NCBI GenBank assembly: GCA_038212275.1
Contig: JBBQUR010000019.1
Span: 1-64,000, forward strand
DNA length: 64,000 nucleotides
Direction of reading: 5' to 3'
From: Planctomycetota bacterium
Lineage (GTDB): Bacteria; Planctomycetota; B15-G4
Below the pieces are notes generated by a model. That model ran no database searches. It was not told where the DNA came from and worked only from the letters and a program-made list of their open reading frames with translations. Shown here in pieces: positions 50,122 to 61,651 of this stretch (its first letter is position 1; every line of letters starts with the position of its first letter). The translations under genes were made by a program, and so were the position numbers.

Positions 50122-51621
50122 ATGGAATTCCAGCAGTTCTATCTCGGGTGTCTTGCGCAGGGCAGCTACCTCGTGGGCGACAAGCCCGACACTGTGGCGA
50201 GCCCCGCGAGCCCCGCGAGCCCCGCGAGCCCTGCGAGTGCCACGAGTGCCACGAGTGCCGCGAGTGCCGCCGGCGCTCACGGCGCCGCGATGGGTGAGTG
50301 TGCGATCGTCGATCCGCGCCGCGACGTGGACCTCTACATCGAGGCCGCGGCGGCCCGCGGGCTGGTCATCACGCACATCATCGAGACGCACCTGCACGCG
50401 GACTTCGTCTCGGGCCACGTGGAATTGGCGCGGCGCACCGGCGCGACGATCCACATCGGCCACCGCGCCGGCGCGTCGTTCCCGCACGTGCCGGCGCATG
50501 ACGGCGACGAAATCGTGCTCGGCCGCGTCGTGCTTCGCTTCCTGATGACGCCGGGGCACACGCCCGAAAGCCTCTGCGTGCTCGTGCTCGAGGGCGGCGC
50601 GCCCGTCGCGGTGCTCACGGGGGACACGCTCTTCATCGGCGACGTCGGCAGGCCCGACCTGGTGTCGAGCAAGGGCTTCTCGGCGCAGCAGATGGCCGGG
50701 ATGCTCTACGACTCGCTGCGCGACAAGCTGGCGCCGCTGCCGGACGACGTCCTCGTGTACCCGGCGCACGGCGCGGGTTCCGCGTGCGGCAAGAACATCA
50801 GCAAGGCGCTCTCGTCCACGCTGGGCGAGCAGAAGGCGCTGAACTGGGCGCTGCAGCCGATGACGCGCGAGGCCTTCATCGAGCGCTCGACGGCCGGCCT
50901 CCCGCCCTCGCCGCCGTACTTCGCGCATGACGCGGAGCAGAATCGTGCCGGCGCGACGCCGCTGTCGGACCTGGTTGCACCGCCGCCGCTGTCGCCGGAG
51001 GCCGTGCAGCGCGCGCAGGCAGCCGGCGCCTTCGTGCTGGACGTGCGCGAGAAGGAGGCCTACGGCGCGGGCCACGTGCCGGGCTCGCTGAACATCGGAC
51101 TCACCGGCTCCTTCGCGCCGTGGGCCGGAACGCTGCTGCCGCTCGATGCGCCGCTCATCCTGGTGGCGGACGGTGCCGGGGCCGTCGCCGAGGCGCGGAT
51201 GCGGCTTGCGCGGGTCGGCCTGTCGGACGTGGCCGGCTTCCTCGACGGCGGCGTGACGGCGTGGTCCTCGGCGCAGCGGCCGCTCACGGCACTGCCGCAG
51301 CTCCCGGTGGAAGCGCTGCGCGCTCGCCTCGCGGGAGACCGCGCATTGCTCGTGCTGGACGTGCGCGGCCCGGGCGAACACGAGGCGGGCCATGTGCCCG
51401 GCGCACTCAACATCCCGCTCCCGCAACTCCGGGAGCGACTCGCGGAGCTGGACCGATCGCGCCCGACGGCCGTCGTCTGCCAGAGCGCCTACCGCAGCAG
51501 CGCCGCGTGCGGCTTGCTGGAACGCGCCGGCTTCCGCAAGCTGTACAACGTGGCCGGCGGGACGCAGGCCTGGATCGCCGCGGGCTTTGAAACGGGCCGG
51601 GTGGAAACCGCATCAAGCTGA
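50122..51621 (+). CDS. MBL-fold persulfide dioxygenase-like protein fused to two rhodanese domains
   Basis: ETHLHADFVSG, TPGHTPE, GDTLFIGDVGRPDL, PAHGAGSACG; rhodanese GHVPG twice and CQSAYRS. Confidence 0.9.
   Translation: MEFQQFYLGCLAQGSYLVGDKPDTVASPASPASPASPASATSATSAASAAGAHGAAMGECAIVDPRRDVDLYIEAAAARGLVITHIIETHLHADFVSGHVELARRTGATIHIGHRAGASFPHVPAHDGDEIVLGRVVLRFLMTPGHTPESLCVLVLEGGAPVAVLTGDTLFIGDVGRPDLVSSKGFSAQQMAGMLYDSLRDKLAPLPDDVLVYPAHGAGSACGKNISKALSSTLGEQKALNWALQPMTREAFIERSTAGLPPSPPYFAHDAEQNRAGATPLSDLVAPPPLSPEAVQRAQAAGAFVLDVREKEAYGAGHVPGSLNIGLTGSFAPWAGTLLPLDAPLILVADGAGAVAEARMRLARVGLSDVAGFLDGGVTAWSSAQRPLTALPQLPVEALRARLAGDRALLVLDVRGPGEHEAGHVPGALNIPLPQLRERLAELDRSRPTAVVCQSAYRSSAACGLLERAGFRKLYNVAGGTQAWIAAGFETGRVETASS
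50197..50268 (+). repeat. 9-bp in-frame tandem repeat (ASP/TSA/ASA x8)
   Basis: GCGAGCCCC grading into ACGAGTGCC. Confidence 0.9.
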
Positions 51622-51702
51622 GTCGAGGCCGAGTTGCGTTCGCCGCGTCGTGCTCGACGGAGCGCGGGCCACGGACCGCAGACCCCAGGGAGAGCACACC
51701 GC

Positions 51703-52473
51703 GTGACACGGTCGTCGGACGGGCTCGCGGACATCCGCCACGAGACGGGGCGCTACAGCGTGCGGATCGCGCGGAACGATCGCGATGTGCGCCGAGCGCA
51801 GGAGCTCCGCTTCGAGGTCTTCAACCGCGAGCTGAACGAGGGCCTCGCCGTGTCCTGGGAGAAGGGCTACGACGAGGATGTCTTCGACGCCCCCTGCGAC
51901 CACCTGCTCGTGGAGCACATGGATACCGGCGCGTGCGTCGGGACTTATCGCGTGCAGGCCACGCGCCGCGTCGTCGACCCGCCGGGCCTGTACACGGCCG
52001 GTGAGTTCGACCTGTCCAGCCTTGCCCCGCTGGTTCCGCAAGCCGTCGAGACGGGCCGCGCGTGCATCCACAAGGACCACCGCAACACGCGCGTGCTGCA
52101 GCTCCTGTGGATGGGCCTCGGCAGCTACATGCTCGCCAACGAGGCGCGCTACCTGTTCGGCTGCTGCTCGCTGACCTCGCAGGATCCCGAGGAGGGCAAG
52201 GCCGCGTGGCGCTACCTGCGCGACGAAGGCCACCTGCACCCGACGCTGGTCGCGCCGCCGCGCGCGGAGTATCTGTGCTTTCCGGCGGGCGCGGCGGCCG
52301 CTCCGGGGCCCGTCGCGCGCGGCGTGCCGCCGCTCTTCGCGTCGTATCTGCGCATCGGCACCAGGGTCGTGGGCGAGCCGGCGCTCGACCGGCACTTCAA
52401 GACCATCGACTTCCTCGCGCTGCTCGACCTCGCGGATCTCACCGAGGTGAATCGCAAGCGCTTTCTGCGTTGA
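51703..52473 (+). CDS. olsB: GNAT N-acyltransferase, OlsB-like (ornithine/amino-lipid N-acyltransferase)
   Basis: AQELRFEVF, DVFDAPCDHL, VGTYR, ETGRACIHKDHR, YLFGCCS, PPLFASYLRIG, PALDRHFKTID. Confidence 0.75.
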   Translation: MTRSSDGLADIRHETGRYSVRIARNDRDVRRAQELRFEVFNRELNEGLAVSWEKGYDEDVFDAPCDHLLVEHMDTGACVGTYRVQATRRVVDPPGLYTAGEFDLSSLAPLVPQAVETGRACIHKDHRNTRVLQLLWMGLGSYMLANEARYLFGCCSLTSQDPEEGKAAWRYLRDEGHLHPTLVAPPRAEYLCFPAGAAAAPGPVARGVPPLFASYLRIGTRVVGEPALDRHFKTIDFLALLDLADLTEVNRKRFLR

Positions 52474-53303
52474 GCGGCCGGACGGGCGGATCGAGCGCGC
52501 CGCTGCGCGCCGGCACGCGCCTCGTGCTCGTGGTGCTGGCGTCGGTGGCGTTGGGTCTGCCCCTCGCGCCGCTGCGGCTCCTGGGGCTGCCGTTCGGGCG
52601 CCGTGGCCACGCGTTTTCACTGCGCAGCTGCCTGCGCGTGCAGCAAGCGTGGGGCCGGACCGTGCTGGCGATCATGGGCGTGACCGTGACGCGCCCGGCA
52701 GGCGCGCCGCCGCCGGGGTGCGTGATCGTCAGCAACCACCTCAGCTATCTCGACATCCCGCTCATCGCGAGCATCGTGCCCTGCCGCTTCGTGTCCAAGG
52801 CGGAGGTCGCCCACTGGCCGCTGATGGGGCTGCTGGCCCGGCTCGCGTACGTGCTCTTCCTGGACCGAGGCCACAAGGGTGCCGTACCCGCCATAGGGCG
52901 CGACATTGCCGCGACGCTGGACCAAGGCGTCACCGTGACCTTTTTCCCGGAGGGCACCTCGACGCGCGGCGCGCAGGTGGAGCACTTTCACGCGGGCCTG
53001 CTCGAGCCGGCCGCTGCGCTGGACATTCCCTGCGTGGCCGTCGCGCTGCACTACGACACGCCGGGTGACATCGAGCCGCCGTCGTGCACAATCTGCTGGT
53101 GGGGCGACACGACCTTCGGCCCGCACGCCTGGAACCTGATGAAGATCCACCGCATCGAAGCCACCGTCCGCTGGTCCGATGTGCCGCTGCGCGGGGCCGA
53201 CCGCAAGCTGCTGGCCAACGGCCTGCACGCGCAGGTGGCGGCGATGTTCGTGCCGGTGCGCCAGGCGGCCGATGTCTCCCGGGAGCTGGCTGCCGCGCCA
53301 TGA
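52470..53303 (+). CDS. olsA: PlsC-family O-acyltransferase, OlsA-like
   Basis: NHLSYLD (HX4D), FVSKAEV..WP, FFPEGTST; TTG start overlaps the olsB stop. Confidence 0.72.
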   Translation: MSGRTGGSSAPLRAGTRLVLVVLASVALGLPLAPLRLLGLPFGRRGHAFSLRSCLRVQQAWGRTVLAIMGVTVTRPAGAPPPGCVIVSNHLSYLDIPLIASIVPCRFVSKAEVAHWPLMGLLARLAYVLFLDRGHKGAVPAIGRDIAATLDQGVTVTFFPEGTSTRGAQVEHFHAGLLEPAAALDIPCVAVALHYDTPGDIEPPSCTICWWGDTTFGPHAWNLMKIHRIEATVRWSDVPLRGADRKLLANGLHAQVAAMFVPVRQAADVSRELAAAP

Positions 53304-53848
53304 ACACGAGCTCGAACGTCGACCCGATCGGCCCCAATATCGAGGTCCTGCAGCAGACGCTGTGGCTCCTCGAGGAGCTCGACGACAACCAGTACATCCA
53401 CGTGGAAGCGCGGCTCTCGTCCGCGTCCATCGGTGCGCATGTGCGTCACAACCTCGATCATTACAGGCTCTTCCTCGCAGGCCTGCCGTCGCGGCTCATC
53501 GACTACGACGCGCGCGACCGTGACACGCCGGTGGAGACCAACCGCAGCGCGGCGGCGGCCGCCGTGCGCAGCGCCATCGCGGGACTGTCCGCGCTGTCGC
53601 GCGAGTCGCTCGCCCAGGCCGTGCGCATCCGCCAGCAGGGCAGTTACGAGCCCGGGCGCTTCGACGGCTGCGAGAGTCGCGTGGATCGCGAGCTGCTCTT
53701 CCTGCAGAGCCATGCCGTGCACCATCACGCGCTCATCGCGGTGCTCGCCCGCGCGCAGGGCCTGCCGATTCCCGAGAGCTTCGGCATGGCGCCTTCCACC
53801 CTCGAGTGGTTGCAGCGGCACGCGACGCTGCCCGCCGCGCGGAGCTGA
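53300..53848 (+). CDS. DinB/YfiT-like four-helix protein
   Basis: SIGAHVRHNLDHY, IDYDARDRD, RELLFLQSHAVHHHA, FGMAPST; ATGA overlap. Confidence 0.82.
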   Translation: MNTSSNVDPIGPNIEVLQQTLWLLEELDDNQYIHVEARLSSASIGAHVRHNLDHYRLFLAGLPSRLIDYDARDRDTPVETNRSAAAAAVRSAIAGLSALSRESLAQAVRIRQQGSYEPGRFDGCESRVDRELLFLQSHAVHHHALIAVLARAQGLPIPESFGMAPSTLEWLQRHATLPAARS

Positions 53849-53855
53849 GCACCGC

Positions 53856-54689
53856 GTGTGCACGCTGACGTTCGTGCCGGGCCTGCCGCTCGGCGGTTTC
53901 CTGCTGGCGCACAATCGCGATGAGTCGCTCCGGCGCGGGCCCGGCCTGCCTCCGGTGATCGGGCAGCTCGGCGCCGCACGGATCATGGCGCCGCGCGACA
54001 CCGATGCGGGCGGCACCTGGCTCGGCGTGGACAGCCGCGGCCGCTGCCTCGCCATCCTCAACGGCGACCGTCCGTCCGTGACGCCGACGCCCGCCGACGC
54101 CCGCAGTCGCGGACTGCTCGTCATGGACCTGCTCGCCGACGCGCGGCCCGCCGCGGTGCGCGCGCGCCTGGAACGCCAGGTCGCCGAAGGCTCGCTGCGC
54201 AGCAGGTCCTTCAAGCTCGTGGTCGTGGAGAGCGGCGATGGCCCGGGTGCCGAGGCGCCGCAGGCTCGGCTCCTGCGCATCGACTGGGACGGACTGCAAC
54301 TTGCCTTCACGGAGCTTTCCGGTCCGCAGTGCATCGTGTCGAGCACCTACGCGTCGGACGCCGTGGAGAGCGCACGACGCGCCGCCTTCGCGCGGCTCCT
54401 CGACACGCTGCCGCTCGAGGCGGGCGCGCCTCGCGGGTCGGAGTCTCGAAGTCGCGTGGACGACCCGGCAGTCGTCGCGGCCGCGCTGCGGGCCTTTCAC
54501 GCGGGACACGCGCCGTCCGCGCCGCAGGGTGATGCCTTCTCGGTGTGCATGCACCGCCCCGATGCGCGCACGGTGAGCCGCACGCTGCTGATCGTCGGCC
54601 CGCGCGAGATCCGCATGGAGTACACGGCCGGCTGGCCTTGCGCCGGCGCCGAGGCCGTCGTCACGAGCATGGAGCGTCGACCCGGATAG
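53856..54689 (+). CDS. NRDE/TANGO2 family protein (Ntn-hydrolase-like)
   Basis: M-C-T-L start, NRDE, D..AGGTWLG, LNG, SRGLL, CMH, RTVS. Confidence 0.88.
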   Translation: MCTLTFVPGLPLGGFLLAHNRDESLRRGPGLPPVIGQLGAARIMAPRDTDAGGTWLGVDSRGRCLAILNGDRPSVTPTPADARSRGLLVMDLLADARPAAVRARLERQVAEGSLRSRSFKLVVVESGDGPGAEAPQARLLRIDWDGLQLAFTELSGPQCIVSSTYASDAVESARRAAFARLLDTLPLEAGAPRGSESRSRVDDPAVVAAALRAFHAGHAPSAPQGDAFSVCMHRPDARTVSRTLLIVGPREIRMEYTAGWPCAGAEAVVTSMERRPG

Positions 54690-54821
54690 CCGCCTGTCGG
54701 ACGCGGCACGTGCCCGGCGCGACGCGACAGGTGCGAGGCAGCACAGATGGCGCGGTGCTCGGCCGGCACCGTGATGCGGGGCCGGGGCGATGTCGCACGC
54801 GCTCTGCGCTACCATCGCGTC

Positions 54822-55967
54822 GTGACGGACGATGTCGTGACACTCACCGAGCAGCTCGTGGCGCGGGACAGCGCACCGGGCCGCAGCACGGAGCCCGCGG
54901 TTGCGCTGCTCGCGGAGCGGCTTGCGGCCGCCGGTGCGCGCGTCACGCTGCAGGACGGTACGCACGGTGGCGTGACGCAGCGCAATCTCGTGGCGCGCTT
55001 CGGCGGCGCCGGCCCCGCGGGCCTGGTGCTCGCCGGACACATCGACACCGTGCCATGGCAGGTCGGCAATCGCGCGACCTCGACGCCCGAGCGCGACGGC
55101 CGCACGCTCTTCGGCCGCGGCGCCTGCGACATGAAGGGCCCCATCGCCGCGCAGGTGCTCGCCGCGGAGCGCGCGCTGCGTGGCGCGGTGTTGCGGCGGC
55201 CGCTTGTCCTGCTCTACAGCTATGCGGAGGAAATCGGCTGCCACGGGGCGCTCGCGCTCGTCAGCCGACCGGAACTTCTGGGCGATGTCGCCGGCGCGGC
55301 GTGCCTCGTCGGCGAGCCGACCGGGCTCGTGCCGATCGTTGCGCACAAGGGCTACGCGGTGGCCACGCTGACGCTGCGCGGTCGGCCCGCGCACAGCAGC
55401 AACCCCTGGGCGGGCGCGGACGCGTCCGTCGCGCTGGGCGTGCTGCTGCCGGGTCTGCACGCGCTGCGCGAGGAACTGCGGCGTGAAGGCGACCCGCGTT
55501 GCGGCCTCACGCCGCCGTGCACCACGCTCAACACGGGCATGATCTCCGCCGGCACCGCGGCCAATGTCGTACCCGACCGCGCCGAGGTGCGCCTCGAGTG
55601 GCGCCCGCTGCCCGGCTTCGACGGCGACGCGCTGCGCGCTCGCGTGGCGGCACTGCTCGAACGCGCGTGCCAGGCTGCGCCCGGCGTGCACGGCGAACTG
55701 CACTGGCCCGCGCCGCTGCCGCCTTTTCGCCAGCCCCGGGAGCATCCGCTGGTGAGCTGGCTCGCGGGACGCGCCGGCCACGCGCCTGGCAGCGTGGCTT
55801 TCTACACGGAGGCCGAGCTCTATCGCGCGGCGTTCTCGCTGCCGACGGTCGTGTGCGGCCCGGGCTCCATCGACCAGGCGCACCGCGTGGACGAGTCCAT
55901 CCTGTTCGATGAGCTGGAAGCCGGGCTGGCGCTCTACGGAGATGCCGTCGCGGAGTTCTGCGGCTGA
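54822..55967 (+). CDS. argE: Second acetylornithine deacetylase (M20, E. coli ArgE-like)
   Basis: GLVLAGHIDTVP, GRGACDMKG, EEIGCHGA, GEPT..P..AHKG, HSS, FYTEA, GPGSIDQAH..DE. Confidence 0.82.
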   Translation: MTDDVVTLTEQLVARDSAPGRSTEPAVALLAERLAAAGARVTLQDGTHGGVTQRNLVARFGGAGPAGLVLAGHIDTVPWQVGNRATSTPERDGRTLFGRGACDMKGPIAAQVLAAERALRGAVLRRPLVLLYSYAEEIGCHGALALVSRPELLGDVAGAACLVGEPTGLVPIVAHKGYAVATLTLRGRPAHSSNPWAGADASVALGVLLPGLHALREELRREGDPRCGLTPPCTTLNTGMISAGTAANVVPDRAEVRLEWRPLPGFDGDALRARVAALLERACQAAPGVHGELHWPAPLPPFRQPREHPLVSWLAGRAGHAPGSVAFYTEAELYRAAFSLPTVVCGPGSIDQAHRVDESILFDELEAGLALYGDAVAEFCG

Positions 55968-55992
55968 GTCCGGCCGGGTCGGATCCGTGCGC

Positions 55993-56673
55993 TCATGCTT
56001 CCGGTCGGCCCACGATCACCGTCGGCCGCATGCCGAGGAAGAGGCCCGTCTCCACGATGCCCGGATGGAGCTTGAGGCGTCGCGCCACCTCGTCCGGCGC
56101 GGCAATGCCGCCGTCGAAGCGGACGTCGATGATCCAGTGGCCTTCGTCCGTGACGAGCGGGGCCCCGCTCGTCGTGACGCGCAGCAGCGGGCGCCCGCCG
56201 AGTTCCGCAAAGAGCGCGTCGTGACTGCGGTGCCCGAAAGGCACGACCTCGACCGGCAGCGGTGCGCGCGTGCCGAGCCGCTCCACGAGCTTCGACGCGT
56301 CGACGACGATGGCCAGGTGCCGCGACGCCGTGGCGACGATCTTCTCGCGCAACAGCGCTGCGCCGAGTCCCTTGATCAGGTTGCCCTCGGGGTCGACCTC
56401 GTCGGCGCCGTCGATGCTGAGGTCGAGGACGGGGCGCGAGTCCAGGTCGGTGACCGGCACTCCGGCGCGCACGGCCCGTTCGTGCGTGGCTCGCGAGGTG
56501 GGCACGCCGACGATGTCGGAGAGCCGCCCGTCGCGCAGGCGCCGGCCGAGTTCATCGACGACGAGCACCGCCGTCGACCCGCTGCCCAGCCCGAGCACCA
56601 TGCCGGAGACGACGAGGTCCACGGCCTGCAACGCAGCTCGCTGCTTGGCATCGTTCTGGCGATCGGCGTTCAT
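55993..56673 (-). CDS. rpiA: Ribose-5-phosphate isomerase A
   Basis: GLGSGST, IDGADEVD, IKGLGAALLREKIV, PVEVVP, PGIVETGLF. Confidence 0.96.
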   Translation of the reverse strand: MNADRQNDAKQRAALQAVDLVVSGMVLGLGSGSTAVLVVDELGRRLRDGRLSDIVGVPTSRATHERAVRAGVPVTDLDSRPVLDLSIDGADEVDPEGNLIKGLGAALLREKIVATASRHLAIVVDASKLVERLGTRAPLPVEVVPFGHRSHDALFAELGGRPLLRVTTSGAPLVTDEGHWIIDVRFDGGIAAPDEVARRLKLHPGIVETGLFLGMRPTVIVGRPEA

Positions 56674-56734
56674 GCGGGGTTCTCCGGCGCGGCTCGATCG
56701 TCGCGGAGCTCGCGCAACGCCGCGCCGAGCCGCC

Positions 56735-57537
<803 letters not shown>

Positions 57538-57541
<4 letters not shown>

Positions 57542-60531
57542 CGGCCGCGCTCCGCGGCGTGCTCGCGGTCGAGGTCCAGCGTGCGCTGGTGCGCCTCGCG
57601 CAGCGCGGCCAGTTCGCAGCGCAGCACGGGCGTGCTGCCGTCGCGGAGGTCGAGCACGCTCTCGGCGGTCGTCCGGCCGATGAGCGTGTGCGGCACGTCG
57701 GCGAGGAGCTTGTGCAGTTCCTCGCGGCGTTCCGGCGCCACCTCGACGAGGAAGCGCGAGGCGCTCTCGGCGAAGAGCCGGCGCGGCAGGTCCGGCGCGC
57801 CGCGCACCGGCATGGCGGCGACGTCGAGCGACAGGCCGACGCCGCCCGCGAAGGCCATTTCGGCCGCGGCGACGGCGAGGCCGCCTTCGGAAAGATCGTG
57901 GCACGAGAGCAGCAGGCCGCGCGCGATGGCTGCATGCACGGCGCGCAGGAGCTTCGGCGCCAGCACGAGATCCACCGGCGGGACCTCTGCGCCGGATGCG
58001 CCGAGGGCGTGCGCCAGGTGGCTGCCGCCGAGTTCCGGGCCCGTGATGCCGAGGATGAGCACGTCGTGGCCCGGGCCCTTGAGGTCCATCGTGCAGGCTC
58101 GACCGATGTCGGGCACGATCGCGAGCGCGGTGATGAGCAGCGTCGGCGGGATGGAGAGGCTGACGCCGCCCTCGCGGTAGTCGTTGTTGAGGCTGTCCTT
58201 GCCGGAGATGAATGGCGTGCGGAAGGCCATCGCGCCGTCGTAGCAGGCGTCGCAGGCCTGCACGAGGTCGCCGAGATTCTCGGGCCTCTCGCAGTTGCCC
58301 CACGAGAAGTTGTCGAGGATGGAGGTCTGCTCCGGGTCGCCGCCCACGGCGACGACGTTGCGCAGCGCCTCGTCGATCGCATGCAGCGCCATGCGGTACG
58401 GATCCACGTCGCCGAGACAGGGATTGATGCCGCACGCCACCGCGAAGCCGCGCCGGCTGCCCGGCACTGGCGCGATGACCGCACCGTCCGACGGCCCGTC
58501 GCGCCGCGGCCCGGTGAGCGGCTTCACGACCGAGCCCGCGAGCACCTCGTGGTCGTACTGGCGGATGATCCATTCCTTGCTGGCGATGTTGGGCGCCGCC
58601 AGCAGCGACAACAGCAATTCGCCGGCGCGCGTGCCGCCGTGCGCGGCCGCCGCTTGCGTGCCCGCCGACTGCGTGCCCGACGACTGCGCAGCTGCGTGCG
58701 GCGGCCCCGTGAGCGCGAGCTGCGCCGGCGTGGGGTCGGCCAGCGTGCGCTTGCGCTTCACGGCGGTGCGCGTGCGGCGCGGCAGGCCCTTGTGCAGGAA
58801 GTCCATGGAGAGGTCCATGACGGGCGTGCCGGCGAACTCCGCGGTGAGGCGACCGCTGCCGTTGAAGGTGCCGATGACAGTGGCCTCGACGTCCTCGGCG
58901 GCGAAGACCGCGAGCAGCGCGCGCTCGTGCTCCGGCGGCACGGCGAAGACCATGCGTTCCTGCGCTTCGCTGATCCAGATCTCGCGGTAGGTGAGGCCGT
59001 GGTACTTGAGCGGCACGCGGTCGAGCAGCACGTGCGCGCCGTGGCTGCCCTCGCCCATCTCGCCGACGGCGGAGGACAACCCGCCCGCGCCGCAGTCCGT
59101 CACGCCGCGGTAGAGGCCGAGGTCGCGTGCAATGAGCAGCGCGTCCATGAGCTTCTTCTCCTCGATCGCGTTGCCGATCTGCACCGCGCCGGAAGAGACC
59201 GTCTCGCTTTCCTCGTGCAGTTCCTGGCTGGAGAAGGTCGCGCCGTGGATGCCGTCGCGGCCCGTGCGTCCGCCGGCGACGACGATGAGATCGCCGGGAC
59301 GGACTTCCTTGTGCAGGCGGTTGGCCGGCAGCAGGCCGATGCTGCCGCAGTAGACCAGCGGGTTGCCCACGTAGCGCGGATCGAAACACACCGCGCCGTT
59401 CACGGTGGGGATGCCCATGCGATTGCCGTAGTCGCGCACGCCGGAGACGACGCCCTTCATGACGCGCAGCGGGTGCAGGCTGCCCTTGGGCACCTTGCTC
59501 GCCGGCAGGTCCGGCGGGCCGAAGCAGAAGACGTCCGTGCTGGCGATGGGGCGCGCGCCGAGGCCCGTGCCCAGCGTGTCGCGGAGCACGCCGCCGAGCC
59601 CGGTGCCTGCGCCGCCGTAGGGCTCGATCGCCGACGGGTGATTGTGCGTCTCGACCTTGAAGGTGAGGTGATGCGTGTCGTCGAAGGCGACGACGCCCGC
59701 GTTGTCCACGAAGACCGACTTGCAGAAGGGCCGGTTCAGCTCGTGCGTGGCGCGGGCGATCGTGGACTTCAGCAGGTTGTCGCGCAGCGTGCCTTCGTAT
59801 TGCACGAGGCCCGTGAGCGTCTTGTGCTTGCAGTGCTCGGACCAGGTCTGCGCGAGCGTTTCCAGTTCGATGTCGGTGGGTTCGCGCGCCTCGCTGCGGA
59901 AGTGGCCCTGGACGGCGGCCATCTCGGTGGCGTCCAGCGCGAGGCAGCCCTCGGTGGAGAGCCGCGAGAGCTCGGCGGCGCTGGCCTCGCGCAGCGGCAC
60001 GTGCTGCAGGCGGAAGGGCGCGTCGGGCAGGTCGGCCACCGGTGCGATGCCCGTGGCCGGATCGAGTCGCACCTCCTCGATGGCGAGATTGGCCAGCAGG
60101 CCGCTGCCCAGCCGCGCGAGCAGCGCCTTGTCGGTGCCGGCCGGGAAGACGAAGGCCTGCCAGCTGCGCACGTCGGAGACCTGCAGCGAGAGGCGCTTCG
60201 CCGCGCGCAGCACGCTCTGCGCGGAGGGGTCCATGACGCCCGGGAGGCGCACCACCTCGAGGCGCGTGGTGTCGGGCTCCGCCGGGCTGCTGCCCGAGGG
60301 AAACAGGCGCACCGTGTTCATCACCGGGTCGCAGAGGAAGCGCTCCGCCAGCGTGCGGGCCGCGGCTGCGCCGCCGACCACGTGAAGCGACCAGCCGCGC
60401 CGGGACTGCACGCCGTCCGGGAGAGCCATGCCGAGCTCGGCCGCCTGGCGCAGGAGCCGCGCCGCGACGACGTCCTTGCGCTCGGGGCGGATGCCGATCT
60501 CGATGCAGACGGAGGTCGTGTCGCTGTCCAC
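57538..60531 (-). CDS. purL: FGAM synthase PurL with N-terminal PurS-like domains
   Basis: AQTWSEHCKHK, KVETHNHPSAIEPYGGA, DCGAGG, SEAQERM, QYDHEV, SGKDSL, HDLSEGG; N-terminal PGVMDP and LLAN..IE PurS-like motifs. Confidence 0.96.
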
Positions 60532-60637
60532 GGGTGCCGGGCGGTGTCCTGCGGGGAGTCGGCCACGATAGCCAAACGGCCCCCGGGCGAGACACCCGCT
60601 ACCTCAGGCGGGGTGCCGGCGGCTACGATTCCGCGCC

Positions 60638-61651
60638 ATGCCCCGATCCAAGCTGCAGCATCCCGCGCTCAAGAACGCGCTCGCCTTCGAGAAGCCGGTC
60701 CGCGAGCTGGACGTGCAGATCGAAGAACTCACCACGGCCGCCGCGCTCGAAGCCTCCGGTGGCAAGCCTCAGCCGCCCAGCCCAGCTCTCACGCAACTCA
60801 TCGCCAAACGCGACAAGCTGCTCGAGGAGTTGCAGCGAGACCTGAGCATCTGGAAGCGCATCCAGCTGTCGCGCCACACGGAGCGGCCCGTGTCGTCCGA
60901 CTACTTCGAGCTCATGCTGACCGATGTCATCGAGCTGCACGGCGACCGACTCTACGGCGACGATCGCGCTATCTTCACGGGATTTGCCACCCTTCAGGGG
61001 CGCAAGATCATGGTCGTGGCGCACCGCAAGGGGCGCACGACGCAGGAGCGCATCGAGTGCAACTGGGGCTGCGCGCACCCTGAAGGCTACCGCAAGGCGC
61101 TGCGCTGCATGCAGCTCGCGGAGCGCCAGAACCTGCCCATCCTCACGCTGATCAACACGCCCGGCGCCTATCCGGGCATCGGTGCCGAGGAGCGCGGCCA
61201 GGCCAGCGCCATCGCCTGGAGCATCCTGGAGATGTTCCGGCTCAAGGTGCCGGTGGTGTCCGTCGTCATCGGCGAGGGCGGCTCCGGCGGGGCGCTCGGT
61301 ATCGGTGTCTGCGACCGGCTGCTGGTCCTCGAGAACGCCTACTACTCCGTGATCTCCCCCGAAGGCTGCGCCTCCATCCTCTGGAAGGACGGCGCGCGCT
61401 CGGAGGAGGCCGCGATCTCGCTCAAGCTGGCCAGCTCCACGCTGCTGGAGTTGGGCGTCGCGGACGAGATCGTGCCCGAGCCGATGGGCGGGGCGCACCG
61501 GGACAAGGCGGGCATGGCGGCCGTGCTCAAGGAGGCGCTCATCCGGCACTTCGATGAGCTTTCGGCCCTCTCGCCGGCTGAACGGGGCACGCTCCGGGCC
61601 GCCAAGTACCGCAACCTCGGCACCTACGTGGGCAGTTCCGTCCCGAGCTGA
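60638..61651 (+). CDS. accA: Acetyl-CoA carboxylase carboxyltransferase alpha subunit
   Basis: ELHGDR.YGDD, PEGYRKALR, TPGAYPGIGAEERGQ, GEGGSGGAL, YSVISPEGCASILWK. Confidence 0.97.
   Translation: MPRSKLQHPALKNALAFEKPVRELDVQIEELTTAAALEASGGKPQPPSPALTQLIAKRDKLLEELQRDLSIWKRIQLSRHTERPVSSDYFELMLTDVIELHGDRLYGDDRAIFTGFATLQGRKIMVVAHRKGRTTQERIECNWGCAHPEGYRKALRCMQLAERQNLPILTLINTPGAYPGIGAEERGQASAIAWSILEMFRLKVPVVSVVIGEGGSGGALGIGVCDRLLVLENAYYSVISPEGCASILWKDGARSEEAAISLKLASSTLLELGVADEIVPEPMGGAHRDKAGMAAVLKEALIRHFDELSALSPAERGTLRAAKYRNLGTYVGSSVPS

Noticed and set aside
60000..60531. PurS-like domains fused to PurL as a novelty
   Set aside because: To my knowledge this architecture is already common in Planctomycetota and some other phyla.
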